Under the pieces are notes generated by a model. The model saw nothing but the letters and a program-made list of their open reading frames with translations, was not told the origin of the DNA and made no database searches. Of a DNA stretch of 64,000 bases, positions 40,131 through 50,536 are shown one piece after another. The first letter of the stretch is position 1, and each line of letters opens with the position of its first letter. The DNA is from Bacteroidota bacterium (lineage in GTDB: Bacteria; Bacteroidota; Bacteroidia; 2-12-FULL-35-15): the NCBI GenBank assembly GCA_025963715.1, contig JAOQAG010000048.1:5553-69552 (forward strand). Direction: 5' to 3'. A program made the translations under genes and the position numbers.

Positions 40131-41435
40131 ATGAGTGTATTTGAAATTATAGGCGGAACAAAATTAAAAGGGGAGATCAGTCCACAAGGCGCAAAAAATG
40201 AAGCATTGCAGATTATTTGTGCAGTTTTGCTCACACCCGAAAAAGTAGTGATTCAAAACATTCCGGACATTGTGGATGTGAATAAGCTGATTGACCTGCT
40301 GCGCGATTTGGGCGTAAAAGTGGAGAAAACAGGCTATGAAGAATATACCTTCCAGGCAGATGATGTGAATGTGGATTACCTGAATTCGGAGGAATTTAAA
40401 AGGAAAGGCGGCAGTTTGCGCGGTTCTATCATGATCGTGGGGCCATTGCTGTCGCGATACGGAAAAGGCTACATCCCGCGTCCGGGTGGCGATAAGATCG
40501 GTCGCCGCCGTTTGGATACACACTTTATCGGGTTTCAGAACCTGGGCGCCAAATTTATTTACGACGAAGGAAATGATTTTTATAAAGTAGAAGCCAGTAG
40601 CTTAAAAGGATGTTACATGCTGCTGGATGAAGCATCCGTGACCGGTACTGCCAATATTATCATGGCAGCTGTTTTGGCCGAAGGTAGAACCACTATTTAT
40701 AATGCTGCCTGTGAGCCGTACATCCAGCAATTGTGCAAAATGCTGAACAGCATGGGCGCAAAAATAACGGGGATCGGTTCCAATTTACTGTTTATTGACG
40801 GGGTGGAGAAAATGAGCGGCTGCACGCACCGTATGCTGCCCGATATGATCGAGATTGGTAGCTTTATTGGCATGGCAGCCATGACCCAATCTGAGATCAC
40901 TATCAAAAATGTGGCGTATGACGAGCTGGGAATTATTCCGAATACCTTCCAGCGCCTGGGAATTAAAATGGAACGCCGCGGCGATGATATTTTTATCCCG
41001 GAGCAGGATCATTACGAGATCGATACGTTTATCGACGGCTCGATTTTGACCATCGCAGATGCCATCTGGCCGGGCTTAACGCCCGATCTGTTAAGCATTA
41101 TACTGGTAGTGGCAACACAGGCAAAAGGCACCGTGCTGATCCACCAGAAAATGTTTGAAAGCCGTTTATTTTTTGTGGATAAGCTCATCGACATGGGTGC
41201 GCAGATCATCCTGTGCGATCCGCACCGCGCTACCGTTATCGGGCTTAACCACGAACACCGCCTGAAGGGAATTTCGATGACCTCGCCGGATATCCGCGCC
41301 GGTGTATCGCTTTTAATTGCAGCGCTTTCCGCGAACGGCAAAAGCACAATTCATAATATTGAGCAGATCGACAGGGGCTATCAGAACATTGACGCCCGTT
41401 TACAGAAACTTGGCGCACAAATTGTTAGGAAATAG
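40131..41435 (+). CDS. murA: UDP-N-acetylglucosamine 1-carboxyvinyltransferase
   Basis: 'FEIIGGTKLKGEI...GAKNEAL', active-site region 'RPGGDKIGRRRLDTH', 434 aa. Confidence 0.95.
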   Translation: MSVFEIIGGTKLKGEISPQGAKNEALQIICAVLLTPEKVVIQNIPDIVDVNKLIDLLRDLGVKVEKTGYEEYTFQADDVNVDYLNSEEFKRKGGSLRGSIMIVGPLLSRYGKGYIPRPGGDKIGRRRLDTHFIGFQNLGAKFIYDEGNDFYKVEASSLKGCYMLLDEASVTGTANIIMAAVLAEGRTTIYNAACEPYIQQLCKMLNSMGAKITGIGSNLLFIDGVEKMSGCTHRMLPDMIEIGSFIGMAAMTQSEITIKNVAYDELGIIPNTFQRLGIKMERRGDDIFIPEQDHYEIDTFIDGSILTIADAIWPGLTPDLLSIILVVATQAKGTVLIHQKMFESRLFFVDKLIDMGAQIILCDPHRATVIGLNHEHRLKGISMTSPDIRAGVSLLIAALSANGKSTIHNIEQIDRGYQNIDARLQKLGAQIVRK

Positions 41436-41459
41436 CCGAAAATTTGTAAATTTGTAATT

Positions 41460-42014
41460 ATGAAAAAAATAAACATCCTTTTGATCCTTGCCGCAACATC
41501 TGTGCTGGCGTTTGGATTTATTGCTAAAAATAACACCATTCAGTCGGGTGCCGTTGAAGGAACAAATGTGGGAAACATTGCTCCGGAGTTAAAATTCAAA
41601 AATCCACAGGACAAAGAGATCGCACTTTCTTCGCTGAGAGGAAAAATTGTGCTGGTAGATTTTTGGGCATCCTGGTGCGGTCCATGCCGCAGGGAAAATC
41701 CAAATGTGGTAATTGCTTACAACAAATACAAAGACACGAAATTTAATAAAAAAGCAAAAGGATTTACCATCTATAGTGTTTCCCTGGATAATGCAAAAGA
41801 TCCATGGGTGAATGCCATTGCAAAGGACGGTTTGGTTTGGGAAAACCACGTATGTGATTTTGGCGGATGGCAATCAATGGCAGGTGCAAAATACGGCATC
41901 AACTCCATTCCTGCCGGATTTTTACTGGACGAGAACGGTGTGATCGTGGCAAAAGGTGATGATTTACGTAACGGTGGGCTGGAAACACAGCTTGAAAAAC
42001 TGATCAAAAAATAA
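41460..42014 (+). CDS. TlpA-like thiol-disulfide oxidoreductase (thioredoxin fold)
   Basis: Signal peptide plus 'FWASWCGPCR'. Confidence 0.8.
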   Translation: MKKINILLILAATSVLAFGFIAKNNTIQSGAVEGTNVGNIAPELKFKNPQDKEIALSSLRGKIVLVDFWASWCGPCRRENPNVVIAYNKYKDTKFNKKAKGFTIYSVSLDNAKDPWVNAIAKDGLVWENHVCDFGGWQSMAGAKYGINSIPAGFLLDENGVIVAKGDDLRNGGLETQLEKLIKK

Positions 42015-42036
42015 GGATCAGCAACGATATTTTTTA

Positions 42037-42069
42037 AAACAGAACTCGAAAGAGTTCTGTTTTTTTTTG
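42037..42069 (+). terminator. Rho-independent terminator
   Basis: 'aacagaactc gaaa gagttctgtt' followed by a T9 run. Confidence 0.8.
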
Positions 42070-42115
42070 CAGCTACATCGCGTTTTTTTCTAGCTTTGAC
42101 ATAAATAATGATCAG

Positions 42116-43672
42116 ATGAAAAAGATAATTTTATTTATTTTTCTATTGGGCTCCTTCACTGCTTTTTCGCAAAAAGAAAAGTCACCTGTTCATTTAGGAT
42201 GTTATTCAGACGGCGATACGTTGACCGTAGCCGCTGTTAAAACCGTTAAAGCAGTTAATTTACTGGGATATAGCTCCGACAATCCTTACTCGCTGAAGCA
42301 ATGGAACCTTTCCGTTACGCTGAAGAATAAAAAAACATACATTTTTAAGTCGGACCCTAAATTTCCGGAACTGCTTACCGATAAAATGCGGGATGTGCTG
42401 CTTGACCGATTTAAAGTGGTGACGAGTGTAATGATCCGGGATGTGGTGATCACCAATGGATTCGAAAATGGGAATCTTGACCCGGTTACATTTTACCTGG
42501 ATGATAAAGCAGTTAAACGCTGCGATGAAAAAACGGCGCTGGCAAAAGACGATCTGTTATTGAAATTTTCCTGCTTTAAAAGCGGCGATTTTGCAACGGT
42601 AAAAGACCTGCTGCATTTCCCTACATTCTCCATCGTGAATTACAATCCGAAGGTGGATGTTAAAATTATTTCCTTCAATTTAGTAGTGCCTAAAATGGAC
42701 CAGCACCGCAATCCACAGGCGCTGGAAAGTATTACAAATACAGGCATCGAGTTGAATGCACTGAGTTTCGACATGGCAAAAAGGCTGCAGGCGGGTGAAG
42801 ATTTTGTATTGGATAATATTGTTGTGGAATTCAGTAACCGCAAAACAAAAACAAAAGAAACCGTTACGCTGCCAGCTTTCCGGGTGAAGATCGCTAAAAA
42901 GAGTATCAGCGAATGCGGGGATCCGGGTTCCGATTCGCTTTTTGTACTGGAATATGCCGGAAAATTATTGACAGGAAAAGACAGGAATCAACCGTTGGTA
43001 GGACAAAAAGTATTTTTGAAAAATGGGAAGGATACCGTGGTGCAGATCACGGTAACCAATAGTTACGGGGATTTTACATTCCGGAATTTAAGAGCGGATG
43101 AAGCTTACAAGATCAGCGTACCGGTGGACGATAATCCCAAATTGAAGGATCAGCAATTGTATCTTGCCAAAGTGGATGGAACGATCGTGAAAAGTTTTGA
43201 ACGATCAGGCAATTCATTTATTTACTCGGTGTTGCCAACCGAATTATTTTCGCTTTCCAAAGAAGTGGAAGAGGATACGGAATTGAAGATCAAAAACTTT
43301 GGTACTTCGGCACAAAAGGAGCTGACGGTGATCGAAAATATTTATTATGCGCCAAACTCGGCGGAGATCAACGATGAATCGCAGGCGAACCTGAACAAGA
43401 TCATCAATGCCATGAAGCTAAATCCGGCATTAAAACTGTCGATTTCCAGCCATACAGATGCCATTGGCGACGATGCTTACAATATGACATTATCCGAAAA
43501 ACGGGCAAAAACGGTGATGGATTATATCCTTTCGAAAGGCATTGCCAAAGAGCGGTTATCTGCAAAAGGATACGGCGAAACACAGATCAAGAACAGGTGT
43601 AAAAATGGCGTGGATTGTTCGGAACTGGAGCACGAGCTGAACCGGAGGACGGAATTTAAATTTACAAAATAA
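42116..43672 (+). CDS. OmpA-family protein (C-terminal OmpA/MotB peptidoglycan-binding domain)
   Basis: Signal peptide. C-terminus 'YYAPNSAEINDESQANLNKII...SHTDAIGDDAYNMTLSEKRAKTV'. Confidence 0.8.
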   Translation: MKKIILFIFLLGSFTAFSQKEKSPVHLGCYSDGDTLTVAAVKTVKAVNLLGYSSDNPYSLKQWNLSVTLKNKKTYIFKSDPKFPELLTDKMRDVLLDRFKVVTSVMIRDVVITNGFENGNLDPVTFYLDDKAVKRCDEKTALAKDDLLLKFSCFKSGDFATVKDLLHFPTFSIVNYNPKVDVKIISFNLVVPKMDQHRNPQALESITNTGIELNALSFDMAKRLQAGEDFVLDNIVVEFSNRKTKTKETVTLPAFRVKIAKKSISECGDPGSDSLFVLEYAGKLLTGKDRNQPLVGQKVFLKNGKDTVVQITVTNSYGDFTFRNLRADEAYKISVPVDDNPKLKDQQLYLAKVDGTIVKSFERSGNSFIYSVLPTELFSLSKEVEEDTELKIKNFGTSAQKELTVIENIYYAPNSAEINDESQANLNKIINAMKLNPALKLSISSHTDAIGDDAYNMTLSEKRAKTVMDYILSKGIAKERLSAKGYGETQIKNRCKNGVDCSELEHELNRRTEFKFTK

Positions 43673-43693
43673 GATCGGTTTTTCTATACCGGG

Positions 43694-43726
43694 GACAGGG
43701 CGGCTTTCGTTCTGTCTTTTTTATTT
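43694..43726 (+). terminator. Rho-independent terminator
   Basis: 'gacagggcggctttcgttctgtc' followed by a T6 run. Confidence 0.65.
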
Positions 43727-43801
43727 GCCCGAAATTATGTCAAAATGTCTTATTATCTTTGTTGGCAGGTATTTTGAATACAATGGAGACCTGAAAAACG
43801 A

Positions 43802-44368
43802 ATGAAAAACATTAAAAATATTTTTAAAAAAATGAGCACACAAGAGAACGAAACTGTGAACGAACAGAACGAGGAACAACAGGAAAGTACAGAGCAGGAA
43901 ACTGTTGATCCGAAAGATCAGCAGATTGCGGAGCTGCAGCAAAAAACAAACGAGCTGAATGATAAATACCTGCGTTTGTACTCGGAGTTTGATAATTTCA
44001 GAAAACGTACAGCAAAAGAAAAAGTGGAGCTGATCCAAAGCGGTGGTGAAGATGTATTTAAAAGCATTTTGCCCGTAATGGATGATTTTGAACGTGCCAT
44101 TAAATCCAATTCTGAAACCACGGATGTAAAAGCGGTGAACGACGGGGTAAACCTGATCTACAACAAGCTGAAATCAACACTGACGCAGAAAGGCCTGGAA
44201 GAAATGAAATCGGCGGGAGAACCTTTTAATGCGGATATTCACGAGGCGATCACCAATGTGCCTGCTCCTTCTGAAGACCTGAAAGGGAAAGTAATTGACG
44301 AGCTGGAAAAAGGATACATGCTGAACGGAAAGATCATTCGTTTTGCAAAAGTGATCATCGGACAATAA
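43802..44368 (+). CDS. grpE: Nucleotide exchange factor GrpE
   Basis: 'YLRLYSEFDNFRKRTAKE', 'VLPVMDDFERA', 'GEPFNADIHEAI'. Confidence 0.9.
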   Translation: MKNIKNIFKKMSTQENETVNEQNEEQQESTEQETVDPKDQQIAELQQKTNELNDKYLRLYSEFDNFRKRTAKEKVELIQSGGEDVFKSILPVMDDFERAIKSNSETTDVKAVNDGVNLIYNKLKSTLTQKGLEEMKSAGEPFNADIHEAITNVPAPSEDLKGKVIDELEKGYMLNGKIIRFAKVIIGQ

Positions 44369-44435
44369 AATAAAGAATCAAGGAAGCTAACCCTTGCCTT
44401 TTGTGGATACAAACGGGCATGAAAAATATCTGAAC

Positions 44436-45581
44436 ATGAGTAAACGTGATTATTACGAAATACTGGAAATTACCAGGAGTGCCAATGCCGACGAAATAAA
44501 GAAAGCATACCGCAAGATGGCGATCAAATTCCATCCGGATAAAAACCCGGGCGATAAGGCTTCGGAAGAAAAATTTAAAGAAGCGGCAGAGGCGTATGAG
44601 ATCCTGAGCAACGGCGATAAAAAAACGCGTTACGATCAGTATGGCCATGCGGGCCTGGGTAACAATGGCGGCTTTGGCGGTGGAGGCGGAGCAGGTGGCT
44701 TTAACATGGATGATATTTTCAGCCAGTTCGGCGATATTTTCGGCGGACATTTTGGCGGCGGGAGAGGTGGCAGCCGCGGACGGCGCGTGAATCGCGGATC
44801 AGACCTGCGTGTGAAAGTAAAATTAACGCTGGAAGAAATTGCGAACGGCGTAGAGAAAAAAATAAAAGTAAATAAGTTTGTGAGCTGTAAACCCTGCAGG
44901 GGAACCGGCGCACAGGATGGATCGGCGATGAATACCTGCGCTACCTGCCGTGGAACCGGGCAAGTGGTGCGCATGACGCAAACCATACTGGGCACGATGC
45001 AAACAGCCAGCACCTGCCCAAGCTGTGGAGGCGAAGGGCAAACCATTACTGACAAATGTAAATCCTGCCATGGCGAAGGAATTGTGCGTGAAGAAGAGGT
45101 GATCAGCATTAATATCCCCGCAGGCGTGGCGCAAGGCATGCAATTATCCGTTGCCGGAAGAGGAAATATGGGTGCGCGTGGAGGTGTTGCAGGCGATTTA
45201 ATTGTGGTGGTGGAAGAAACCGAACATGAATATCTGAAACGCGACGGGCTGCATTTATTTTACGATCATTACATCAGCTTTACAGATGCTGCGTTGGGAA
45301 TACAGGTGGAAGTGCCTACGATTGACGGAAAAGCGAAAATAAAAATTGACCCGGGTACGCAAAGCGGAAAAGTATTGCGCTTAAAAGGCAAAGGCTTGCC
45401 GGATATTAACAGTTATTCGCGCGGCGATATTTTGGTGAACATTAACGTATGGACGCCGCAGCAATTAACAAAAGAGGAGAAAAAAATACTGGAAGACCTG
45501 CGTGGTGCGGAAAACTTTAAACCGCATCCGGGGAAAAAAGACAAAGGTTTTTTCGAACGCATGAAAGAGTATTTTGAGTAA
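44436..45581 (+). CDS. dnaJ: Molecular chaperone DnaJ
   Basis: J-domain with the 'HPDKN' motif, G/F-rich linker, four CxxCxGxG zinc-finger repeats. Start at ATG 44436 ('[12 protein letters not shown]'). Confidence 0.95.
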   Translation: MSKRDYYEILEITRSANADEIKKAYRKMAIKFHPDKNPGDKASEEKFKEAAEAYEILSNGDKKTRYDQYGHAGLGNNGGFGGGGGAGGFNMDDIFSQFGDIFGGHFGGGRGGSRGRRVNRGSDLRVKVKLTLEEIANGVEKKIKVNKFVSCKPCRGTGAQDGSAMNTCATCRGTGQVVRMTQTILGTMQTASTCPSCGGEGQTITDKCKSCHGEGIVREEEVISINIPAGVAQGMQLSVAGRGNMGARGGVAGDLIVVVEETEHEYLKRDGLHLFYDHYISFTDAALGIQVEVPTIDGKAKIKIDPGTQSGKVLRLKGKGLPDINSYSRGDILVNINVWTPQQLTKEEKKILEDLRGAENFKPHPGKKDKGFFERMKEYFE

Positions 45582-45612
45582 TGCATTTTACAAAGAAAAA
45601 GAAATATAACGC

Positions 45613-45690
45613 AGAGCGTCATTGCGAGCGGTAGCGAAGCAATCTCATTCCAGTAAATAGCTGGAATTACTTCGTTCTTAGCAATGACGT
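45613..45690. repeat. Imperfect inverted-repeat element 'cgtcattgcgagcg...gaagcaatctca' (related copy at 53759-53856)
   Basis: Shares 'gtcattgcgag' and 'gaagcaatctca' arms with the 53759-53856 palindrome. Confidence 0.6.
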
Positions 45691-45726
45691 ACTTAACAAG
45701 CGTTAAATTAAAATACAAAGCAATCT

Positions 45727-45757
45727 CTATTTAGAGATTGCTTTTTTCGTAAGTTTA
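45727..45757 (+). terminator. Rho-independent terminator after dnaJ
   Basis: 'gcaatctcta tt tagagattgc' followed by a T6 run. Confidence 0.8.
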
Positions 45758-45791
45758 GAATTCCAAACACTCATTCTGGCGGAGCATAAAA

Positions 45792-46232
45792 ATGAAAAAA
45801 AATTTCTTTACACTGTTTGTAATTCTGTTGCTTTGCAATGTTGCACTGGCGCAGGATACAGTGCACGTGAGAAGAGAGGGGCGTATGGATGATGAAGCAT
45901 CCTGCGGGCCGGAGATCTACGCAAGTGGCAGCAGTTTTACGGATACTATTCCGCAAAGCCTGGTAACAGGCGGAAATAACCTGGAACTGCGGATCAATGC
46001 AGATTGCCCGGTAAAGAAAAAATCGGATGTGTTTATTGTTTCTTTTGAAATTGTGGTAGATGCAGGTGCGGGCATAAAATTTTCTTCTGCAGAAAGTTCG
46101 TTTTTTACAGACCGGCAAAAGAAGCTGATCCAAAAACTAAAACCGGGTGATTCTTTTACGATCAGAAATATTGTGGTGCATGCACCGGATGGATTCAAAA
46201 AAATAGATAACTTTAAAGTCACGCTTAACTAA
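45792..46232 (+). CDS. Hypothetical secreted protein
   Basis: Signal peptide 'MKKNFFTLFVILLLCNVALA'. Confidence 0.5.
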   Translation: MKKNFFTLFVILLLCNVALAQDTVHVRREGRMDDEASCGPEIYASGSSFTDTIPQSLVTGGNNLELRINADCPVKKKSDVFIVSFEIVVDAGAGIKFSSAESSFFTDRQKKLIQKLKPGDSFTIRNIVVHAPDGFKKIDNFKVTLN

Positions 46233-46237
46233 TTAAT

Positions 46238-47188
46238 ATGCAACACATTTTATCTGCAAAAAATATTGTTAAACGGTATGCCTCGCATACTGCTTTGGAC
46301 GATGTAACTCTTGAAATTCCAACACAAAGCATTTATGGATTGCTTGGTCCGAACGGTGCCGGAAAAACGTCACTCATCCGGATCATCAACCAGATCACCG
46401 GTCCCGACAGTGGAACTGTTTTATTTGAAGGCCAGCCGCTTTCGCCGAAACACATTGAGAACATCGGTTATCTGCCGGAAGAACGCGGTTTGTATAAAAA
46501 AATGGAGGTAGGCGAACAGGCTTTGTACCTGGCGCAATTGAAGGGAATGAAAAAAGCGGAAGCGAAACAGAAATTAAAATACTGGTTCGAAAAATTCGAC
46601 ATGGGTGCATGGTGGAATAAAAAAGTGGAAGAACTGTCGAAAGGAATGCAGCAAAAAGTACAGTTTATTGTAACGGTGCTGCATGAACCAAAATTACTGA
46701 TCCTGGATGAACCGTTCAGCGGTTTCGATCCGATCAATGCCAATTTGATCCGTAATGAGATCTTACATTTGAAGGAACAAGGCTCTACTATTTTATTTTC
46801 CACACACAACATGGGATCGGTAGAAGAGCTGTGCGATTACATTGCATTGATCAACAAATCAAAAAAGATTTTGGATGGATCGGTAAAAGAGATCCGCAAA
46901 CAAAATAAATCGAACACGCTGGAAATTGAATTTACAGGCAATATGATGGGTTTTACCAATTCGTTATGGACATTCGGAAAATTGGGCGAGCACAAAGTGG
47001 AAGGCGAGCTATGCAAAGCGCAGGTGGCGCTTACGCCGGGAAGCACCTCCAATCAATTGATTGAATCGGTTTTAAAAGCAGTGGAAATTCATTCGTTCCG
47101 CGAACTGATCCCGAGCATGAATGATATTTTTATTTCAAAAGTAAATGCGGAAAATCCACTGGGAACGCAGAGTAATTTTACGGAGTAA
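46238..47188 (+). CDS. ABC transporter ATP-binding protein (with ~90-aa C-terminal extension)
   Basis: 'GLLGPNGAGKTS', 'LSKGMQQKV', 'LILDEPFSG'. Confidence 0.9.
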   Translation: MQHILSAKNIVKRYASHTALDDVTLEIPTQSIYGLLGPNGAGKTSLIRIINQITGPDSGTVLFEGQPLSPKHIENIGYLPEERGLYKKMEVGEQALYLAQLKGMKKAEAKQKLKYWFEKFDMGAWWNKKVEELSKGMQQKVQFIVTVLHEPKLLILDEPFSGFDPINANLIRNEILHLKEQGSTILFSTHNMGSVEELCDYIALINKSKKILDGSVKEIRKQNKSNTLEIEFTGNMMGFTNSLWTFGKLGEHKVEGELCKAQVALTPGSTSNQLIESVLKAVEIHSFRELIPSMNDIFISKVNAENPLGTQSNFTE

Positions 47189-47189
47189 T

Positions 47190-47531
47190 AAAATAGTTCA
47201 AAGTTTAAAGTTCAAAAGTTTAATCCCGATAGCTATCGGGATTGCTGGGTGGCTCCTTCGGAGCGTTTTTTACCACTAAGGCACTGAGAAAATACTAAGA
47301 AGGAAAAGAAGAAAAAGAGCTTTGCTGTACGTGTTCCTTCGGAACGTTTTTTACCACGAAGGCGCTAAGACGCGAAGGAAAGCAAAAAGATAATAAGTTT
47401 TTAACAGGCTTTGGTCACAAACTAAAAAAGCATAGTTCACACACAGATTGGTATATTAGTACTAATTAGTATTTAGTAGATCAGATCACACAGATTAGTA
47501 TATTGGTATAAATTAGTATTTAGTAGATATT
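47190..47531. repeat. Composite repeat mosaic separating the ABC ATPase and permease genes
   Basis: In order it contains 'aaagttcaaagtttaaagttcaaaagtttaa', the palindrome 'atcccgatagctatcgggat', two 'ggagcgttttttaccac.aaggc' units, the 'ggtcacaaactaaaaaagcatagttcacacacagattgg' module, and three 'cagattagtatattggtataaattagtatttagtaga' units. Confidence 0.8.
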
Positions 47532-48872
47532 ATGAATAAGATCCTTCTCATCATCAAGCGCGAGTACCTTTCGAGGGTAAAGAAAAAATCGTTCATCATC
47601 ATGACCATTTTGGGTCCTGTATTAATGGCGGGCATCATGGTTGTTCCGATCTGGCTGTCGATGCAGAAAGCAGAAAAGCAAAAAGTGGAAGTGATCGACG
47701 ATAGTGGATTGTTCAAAGGACTGATCCCGGAAAAAGACGGCATTGTTCATTTTGATTATCCGCCGATTACACTGGACCAGGCCACAAAAGGTTTTTACGA
47801 TACGGACTATGATGCGATCCTGTGGATGCCAAAAAATATTATAGAAGGCGGACAGGCGATCAAAATATTTTATAAAAAGCAGCTGGGAATTAACACCGAA
47901 GAGTACATGGGAACGGAGATCAGCCAGATGTTGAAAAATACGATCCTTGCATTCAATAAAGTAAACATCAATGTGATCAAAGATGCGGAAGAACATTCCA
48001 AGCTCAAAGTGATCACAGAAAAATTGGAAACATCCGGCAAAAGTGAAAAAACGAATACAGGATTATTCATGGGAATTGGCCTCGGAGCAGGCGTTTTGAT
48101 CTACCTGTTTATTTTTCTTTACGGCGTGCAGGTAATGCGCGGCGTGATGGAAGAAAAAACAAACCGCATTGTGGAAGTAATTCTTTCCTCCGTAAAACCT
48201 TTTCAGCTGATGATGGGAAAAATTGTAGGTGTGGCATTGGTGGGCTTAACGCAATTTGTATTGTGGATCATCCTTACCACCACATTGTACAGCATTGCAG
48301 CCGTTACGGTTTTAAAAGATGTGGATATGAAACAGATCCAGCAAAAGGAGCAAACTTATACTACCGGCGCTGATCTGAGATATACGGAAATGAAAAAGAT
48401 CCAAAAGCCGAATGCTGTTACGGAAGTGCTCAATGATTTTAAATCGGTGGATGTAAAAGCAATTGTGCTGTGCTTTTTATTTTATTTCCTTGGCGGATAT
48501 TTAATGTACAGCGCGCTGTTTGCAGCGGTGGGCGCGGCGGTTGACAATGAAGCGGACACACAGCAATTTATGCTGCCGATCACGATCCCGCTTGTATTCT
48601 CGTTTTTTATTGCGCAGGCAATTATTCAAAATCCGGAAAGCCCAATGGCATTCTGGTTTTCCATCATTCCGTTTACATCACCGATCGTGATGATGGTGCG
48701 TTTGCCTTTTGGTGTTCCCGGCTGGCAGATAGCATTATCTATGGGTTTGCTGGTGCTTGGCTTTTTATTCACTACCTGGATCGCAGGGCGGATCTACCGC
48801 ACCGGAATTTTAATGTATGGTAAAAAAGTAACCTGGAAAGAACTGGGAAAATGGCTTTTTTATAAAGGATAA
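47532..48872 (+). CDS. ABC-2 family transporter permease
   Basis: N-terminal TM helix, a large extracytoplasmic loop, and 5 C-terminal TM helices, as in NatB/YhaP-type permeases. Confidence 0.8.
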   Translation: MNKILLIIKREYLSRVKKKSFIIMTILGPVLMAGIMVVPIWLSMQKAEKQKVEVIDDSGLFKGLIPEKDGIVHFDYPPITLDQATKGFYDTDYDAILWMPKNIIEGGQAIKIFYKKQLGINTEEYMGTEISQMLKNTILAFNKVNINVIKDAEEHSKLKVITEKLETSGKSEKTNTGLFMGIGLGAGVLIYLFIFLYGVQVMRGVMEEKTNRIVEVILSSVKPFQLMMGKIVGVALVGLTQFVLWIILTTTLYSIAAVTVLKDVDMKQIQQKEQTYTTGADLRYTEMKKIQKPNAVTEVLNDFKSVDVKAIVLCFLFYFLGGYLMYSALFAAVGAAVDNEADTQQFMLPITIPLVFSFFIAQAIIQNPESPMAFWFSIIPFTSPIVMMVRLPFGVPGWQIALSMGLLVLGFLFTTWIAGRIYRTGILMYGKKVTWKELGKWLFYKG

Positions 48873-48943
48873 AAATAAAAATCCGGGAACCGGTAAGTAT
48901 AAAGATCGTGTATCTCCTGCATGATGAAACCTGACGCTGTTAT

Positions 48944-49867
48944 ATGAGAATTGCAATCATTGATCTTGGTACCAATACATTCAACATTTTAATTGTTGAG
49001 ATAAAAGAAGATAAATCCTATCACACAATATTTCAAACCAAACTTCCCGTTAAATTAGGCGAAGGCGGGATCAACGATCACCTGATCCGGCCGGTTCCGT
49101 TCCAGCGCGGGATCGATGCATTAAAACAGCATCAGAAAACCATTGAAAAATACGATGTGCACCAGGTATATCCCTTTGCTACATCGGCAGTGCGGGAAGC
49201 GGTGAACGGACAGGAATTTGTAGAAAAATTAAAGCTGGAAACGGGGTATGATGTGCGGACGATCAGCGGTGAGAAAGAAGCGGAGCTGATCTATTACGGT
49301 GTGCGGGAAGCGGTAAAAATGACGGATGAATTATCGCTGATCATTGATATTGGCGGCGGGAGCACTGAATTTATAATTGCCAACAAAGAAAAAATATTCT
49401 GGAAAGAAAGCTTTTTATTGGGCGCGGCCCGTTTGCTTGAAAAATTTAATCCTTCGGATCCCATTACGGACGGGCAGATCAGGGAAGTTGAGGAGTACCT
49501 GAAACAGGAATTACAACCGCTTTTTGATGCGGTAAAAAAATACCCGATCACAGAGCTGATCGGTTCTTCCGGTTCTTTTGATTCGCTGGCGGAAATGATC
49601 GCGCACCGGTTTTACTCTCCTGATATTTTAAATGATACTACAGAATATGATTTTCGCATGAGCGATTTTGAAACGCTTTACGATACCATTTTAAAATCCA
49701 CCAAAGAAGAGCGCCTGCAGATAGAAGGGCTCGTGGAGATGCGCGTGGACATGATCGTGATCTCGAGTGTGTTGGTACACTTCATTCTTAGCGCTTTTAG
49801 CATCCAAAAAATGAGATTATCGACCTTCTCCTTAAAAGAGGGTATTTTGTACGAATTGTTGAAGTAG
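48944..49867 (+). CDS. Ppx/GppA-family phosphatase (N-terminal domain only)
   Basis: 'MRIAIIDLGTNTFNILIVE', 'DIGGGSTEF', the actin-like ATPase fold of Ppx/GppA. Confidence 0.8.
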   Translation: MRIAIIDLGTNTFNILIVEIKEDKSYHTIFQTKLPVKLGEGGINDHLIRPVPFQRGIDALKQHQKTIEKYDVHQVYPFATSAVREAVNGQEFVEKLKLETGYDVRTISGEKEAELIYYGVREAVKMTDELSLIIDIGGGSTEFIIANKEKIFWKESFLLGAARLLEKFNPSDPITDGQIREVEEYLKQELQPLFDAVKKYPITELIGSSGSFDSLAEMIAHRFYSPDILNDTTEYDFRMSDFETLYDTILKSTKEERLQIEGLVEMRVDMIVISSVLVHFILSAFSIQKMRLSTFSLKEGILYELLK

Positions 49868-49923
49868 TGTGGTTGTTTTTTGGTAAAAAGATATACTTTT
49901 GGCCAAATCATAAAAACAACAAA

Positions 49924-50517
49924 ATGAAACTACTCAAACTACTCGTATTTGCAGGTGTGTTAACTACCCTTGCATTGTCCGGTGGATGCCGTAAAAAAAC
50001 AGAGGCTGAAATGGACATGGCTACCAAGCCGCTGCATTGTTACAATGAAGAAATGGATGCGGATGAAACTTTGCCGGATTTCGGCGGAAGCTGCGGAACA
50101 GGCTCTGCAGCAGTATCACTGACAAGTGATTGTTCAATGACAAACAATACAGCTGATCTCACTACCAGCTTTGGTTCTACGGTGAACTATACAGTATCCA
50201 GCTGCGTAAAAACGGTTTCCGGTGGATATTTTACCTATAACCTTACCTTATCCGGCGGCAACTACATTCATGTTAAGACTACTTCTGCAGTTTTAGTGAA
50301 TCATGAGCTTACATTAACAACAAGCACTCCTGCTGCATCCGATGAATGCGAAATTGATTTTTACATGAGCGGTATTGCTGCTTCCTGCAGCAGCAGCGGA
50401 ATAGGTACGCATGTGAGCATTAAATACAACGGAACAAATTATGCGATCAATATTTGTAATGCTCCATGGTATGCCAGTTCCTACGGTGGCATCGATGCAT
50501 ATGCAATGGTTAACTAA
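49924..50517 (+). CDS. Hypothetical lipoprotein
   Basis: 'LALSGGCRKK' lipobox at an internal Met, Cys-rich. Confidence 0.5.
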   Translation: MKLLKLLVFAGVLTTLALSGGCRKKTEAEMDMATKPLHCYNEEMDADETLPDFGGSCGTGSAAVSLTSDCSMTNNTADLTTSFGSTVNYTVSSCVKTVSGGYFTYNLTLSGGNYIHVKTTSAVLVNHELTLTTSTPAASDECEIDFYMSGIAASCSSSGIGTHVSIKYNGTNYAINICNAPWYASSYGGIDAYAMVN

Positions 50518-50536
50518 TAACTAAACAATAATCCTT

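Noticed and set aside
46238-48872. ABC ATPase and permease as gliding-motility gldA/gldF
   Set aside because: The permease is a 446-aa ABC-2 protein with a large extracytoplasmic loop, unlike the ~240-aa GldF, and there is no gldG. This is a generic ABC-2 exporter.
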